From Euglena gracilis (Eukaryota), in the NCBI GenBank assembly GCA_039621445.1, contig CP154954.1, positions 39,517,816 through 39,581,815 on the forward strand: 64,000 bases of DNA, written 5' to 3'. The notes beneath the pieces are model-generated. The model saw only the letters and a program-made list of their open reading frames with translations, was not told the DNA's origin and did not search any database. Shown here in pieces: positions 61,193 to 64,000 of the stretch. The position numbers and the translations under genes are program-made. Within the stretch, counting starts at the first letter, position 1. The number at the start of each line of letters is the position of its first letter.

Positions 61193-61456
61193 CCAACCCC
61201 CCCCCCTCTATTTGGCCGCCCTCTGGGCGGCCCGGACCCCCCTTCTGGCCAATTGGGGGGGGGGGACAATTAGGGGGGGGTTACCCCTAACCCCCCCCCC
61301 CCCTAATTGGCCCACCTGGACCCCGTCCTTTAGTCATGAACCCCCGAAAAACACCCGAACAAAGGCATTTTCCCTTGAAATGAGCAACCCCCCCCCCCCT
61401 AATTGGCCACCTGGGCTCTGGCCAATTAGGGGGGGGGACAAATAGAGGGGGGTTGG
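61193..61456. mobile_element. TA-flanked MITE inserted into the inverted homolog of 47481-48288
   Basis: TA|CCAACCCCC..CTCTATTTG ... CAAATAGAGGGGGGTTGG|TA. The empty site is visible in the homolog at ~48010-48030. Confidence 0.9.
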
Positions 61457-62149
61457 TAGTGATCACCACCAAGTTCAGCCACGCTGCACAGTGCTCTTGT
61501 TTCATGTCATTGGGAAGTCCTGCTTTCACAAATTCTTTTATCCCCCTAAACCCCTCAGGCCGTTGATTCGAAGAGAAAACTCATTTCTGTGTGGTTCATC
61601 AACCAAACAGCACCAAAAATCACCACAAATTTCGCCTCATATTCTGGCCGATCCGACGATTGCGAGCGTATCTCGTGCTGCATGCAACGTTAGGATACCA
61701 AGTTACCCCTCGTTCGAAAGCTCTTTTCAACAGACGATCAGTGGTGGTCATCAGATTTTTCCACGCTGCATGGTGCTCTATTTCCAAAGCAGCACCAATT
61801 TTTGCCAGAATTGGGTATCCACCCAAGTGGTCCCCAAATGTCAAATTTCATTGTGCCACATGGTTAGAACAGTCATATCAGGACCTCATGGCCATTTTGG
61901 GGCAGTTTTGGTGACATTTTTAGGAATGACCAAGCCGTCGTTAGAGACGCCAGGTTTTGGACAGAACCGGCGTCCCTAGCCCCTTTTTTGGGGACAGAAC
62001 CGGCGTCCGTGGGGGGGGGGGGAGGCGGCGGTTCTGTCGTGAACCGAGCATCCCAAACGCCGGTTTAATAGTGAAATCACTTGAGGCCTAAAAATAAAGC
62101 CCTAGGGATTATATATGTGCATCGATATAGGTATAGATATATAGATACA

Positions 62150-62323
62150 CCATGCCTCCCATATTGTACCCCCCTGGGAGCCATTTTCTGGGGGGTATAT
62201 ATATATATATATTTTTTGGGGGGCCAAGGTCATGGTCCATGGTCACTCCGATCGAAACCATACACAGTCAATCCAATGGGGGGGTACATTATGGGGGGGG
62301 TACAATATGGGGGGGGGGCATGG
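62150..62323. mobile_element. MITE (CCATGCC termini)
   Basis: CCATGCCTCCCATATTGTACCCC ... GGGGTACAATATGGG..GGCATGG|TA. Confidence 0.7.
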
Positions 62324-62406
62324 TAAATAGAAATGTAGATATAGATATAGATATGGATATGGATGTAGACATAGACATAGACATAGATGTATATATAGTA
62401 GTACTA

Positions 62407-62570
62407 CCGTGCCCCCCCCCCCCCGAGTTAGTCACCCCCTTGGGAGGGGAATTTGGCCAAGGGTGACTAACAGGGGGGGGGTGCTAACTCGGGGGGGGGG
62501 TCAATTTATGCCCAAATTTTGCCCCCTGCCCCAATTCTTGAGGGGGGGTGACTAACTGGGGGGGGCATGG
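62407..62570. mobile_element. TA-flanked MITE
   Basis: TA|CCGTGCCCC..GAGTTAGTCACCCC ... GGGGTGACTAACTGGG..GCATGG|TA. Confidence 0.75.
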
Positions 62571-62579
62571 TAATAGGTG

Positions 62580-63058
62580 TAAATACAGATGTAGATTAGA
62601 TATTGATGTAGATTTCGATATAGATATAGATATTGATATAGATATAGATTTAGATATAGATATAGATATAGACATAGATATATAGAGATACAGATATAGA
62701 TATAGATATAGATATAGATATGGATATAGATATAGACATAGACATAGACATAGACGTAGATATAGAGATATAGAGATATAGATATAGACATAGACATAGA
62801 CATAGATATAGATATAGGCATAGATATAGATATAGATATGGATATAGACATAGACAAAGACATAGATATAGACATAGGTATAGATATAGATATAGATATA
62901 GATATAGATATAGATATAGATATAGATATAGATATAGATATAGATATAGATGTAGACATAGATATAGATGTAGATATAGATATAGATATAGATAGAAAGA
63001 TAGATAGATGGATGGATGGATAGATAGACAGATAGATAGATGGATGGATGGATGGATG

Positions 63059-63127
<69 letters not shown>

Positions 63128-63128
63128 G
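62580..63128. repeat. (GATATA)n grading into (GATA)n/(GATG)n microsatellite
   Basis: Read directly from the sequence. Confidence 0.98.
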
Positions 63129-63146
63129 TAAAAATAATATATGCAG

Positions 63147-63898
63147 ATGGCAGGTGAGAACTATAAACCCCCCCGGCAGGCCCTAAAGTTCACCCCACAA
63201 TGACCACCTGGGTACCCTGGGGTTAGTGAAGGGGGTGGGATTGGGGTGAGGACCGGCCGGCCGGATTTCGCCTGCGCGCACTGCGACGGGCGCATCCCCT
63301 GCCGGCGTGGGCGGCACTCACTGCTGACCCCAACTAACGTGACCCTCCCCCCCTATTTGGCCGCCCTCCGGGCGGCCCGGACCCCCCTTCTGGCCAATTA
63401 GGGGGGGGACAAATAGGGAGGGGTTACCCCTAACCCCCCCCCTAATTGGCCACCTGGGCCCCGTCCTTCATAGTCGCGAACCCCCGAAAAACACCCGAAC
63501 AAAGGCATTTTCCCTTGAAATGAGTACCCCCCCCCCTAATTGGCCACCTGGGCTCTGGCCAATTAGGGGGGGGGACAAATAGGGGGGGGGTCACGTTACC
63601 CCTGCACAACAAGTCCCAACACCCGCCCGTTCGGGGTCACCGGAGGAATCCCTTGTGGGGGCTGACCACTCGTCGGCCTTTATCTTTTTCCCCCCCTGCC
63701 TGTCTGCCGCCCTTGGGAATGGCGCGGCATGGGTTCTGAGGGGAGGCGTGTCGCGGTTGCATGCGCAGCCGCGACGCGCATCCCTTACCGAACCCAGGCC
63801 CTGGTCCTCAGCCTAACCCTACGTCCTTCACTAACCACAGGGTACCCAGGTGGCCATCGTGGGGTGAACCCCCTGGGGGTCTTATAGTCACCTGCCAT
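63147..63898. mobile_element. Element with ~110-bp imperfect TIRs (ATGGCAGGTGA...) set in AT microsatellite
   Basis: 63147-63255 is the reverse complement of ~63803-63898. Confidence 0.75.
63337..63596. mobile_element. TA-flanked MITE, same internal family as 61193-61456
   Basis: TA|ACGTGACC..CCTATTTG ... CAAATAGG..GGTCACGT|TA. The interior is nearly identical to 61193-61456. Confidence 0.9.
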
Positions 63899-64000
63899 AT
63901 ATGTACATATATAAAACATAAAGCATATATGTGTATATATATGTATATATGTACATATAATATGTGTGCATATATATATTATATATGCATATGGCAAGAT

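Overview
Eukaryotic, repeat-rich DNA, very probably from a euglenid: it has GT-AG introns plus euglenid-type non-conventional introns (CAG at +4..+6 pairing with CTG at -8..-6). There is no prokaryotic operon, rRNA, tRNA or CRISPR. (1) 1-16.2 kb is a giant inverted duplication centred on a 48-bp perfect palindrome at 8083/8084. Each arm carries a 5'-truncated spliced DDE-like transposase gene (D...GxWH...E, Academ/KDZ-like by eye) and a 7-exon gene for a ParB/Srx-like domain apparently fused to a degenerate beta-class DNA amino-methyltransferase fold. A 21-bp near-palindromic motif, GATGCGCGCA(A/T/C)TTGCGCAAAT, recurs in most introns and flanks. (2) In the right arm only, a 292-bp hAT-type MITE sits in an exon with exactly the geometry of a newly born non-conventional intron. 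(3) 17.4-48.5 kb is a 78-bp (34+44) satellite with higher-order structure and a duplicated hAT-like insertion. (4) 48.5-64 kb is a nest of non-autonomous DNA transposons. It includes a 2987-bp element with ~75-bp TIRs and a 5-bp TSD that carries the same 21-bp motif (a likely partner of the transposase), a decayed Crypton-like tyrosine recombinase, many TA-flanked MITEs and microsatellites. Protein family calls are by-eye motif recognition, not database searches. Several tracts look like low-quality consensus.
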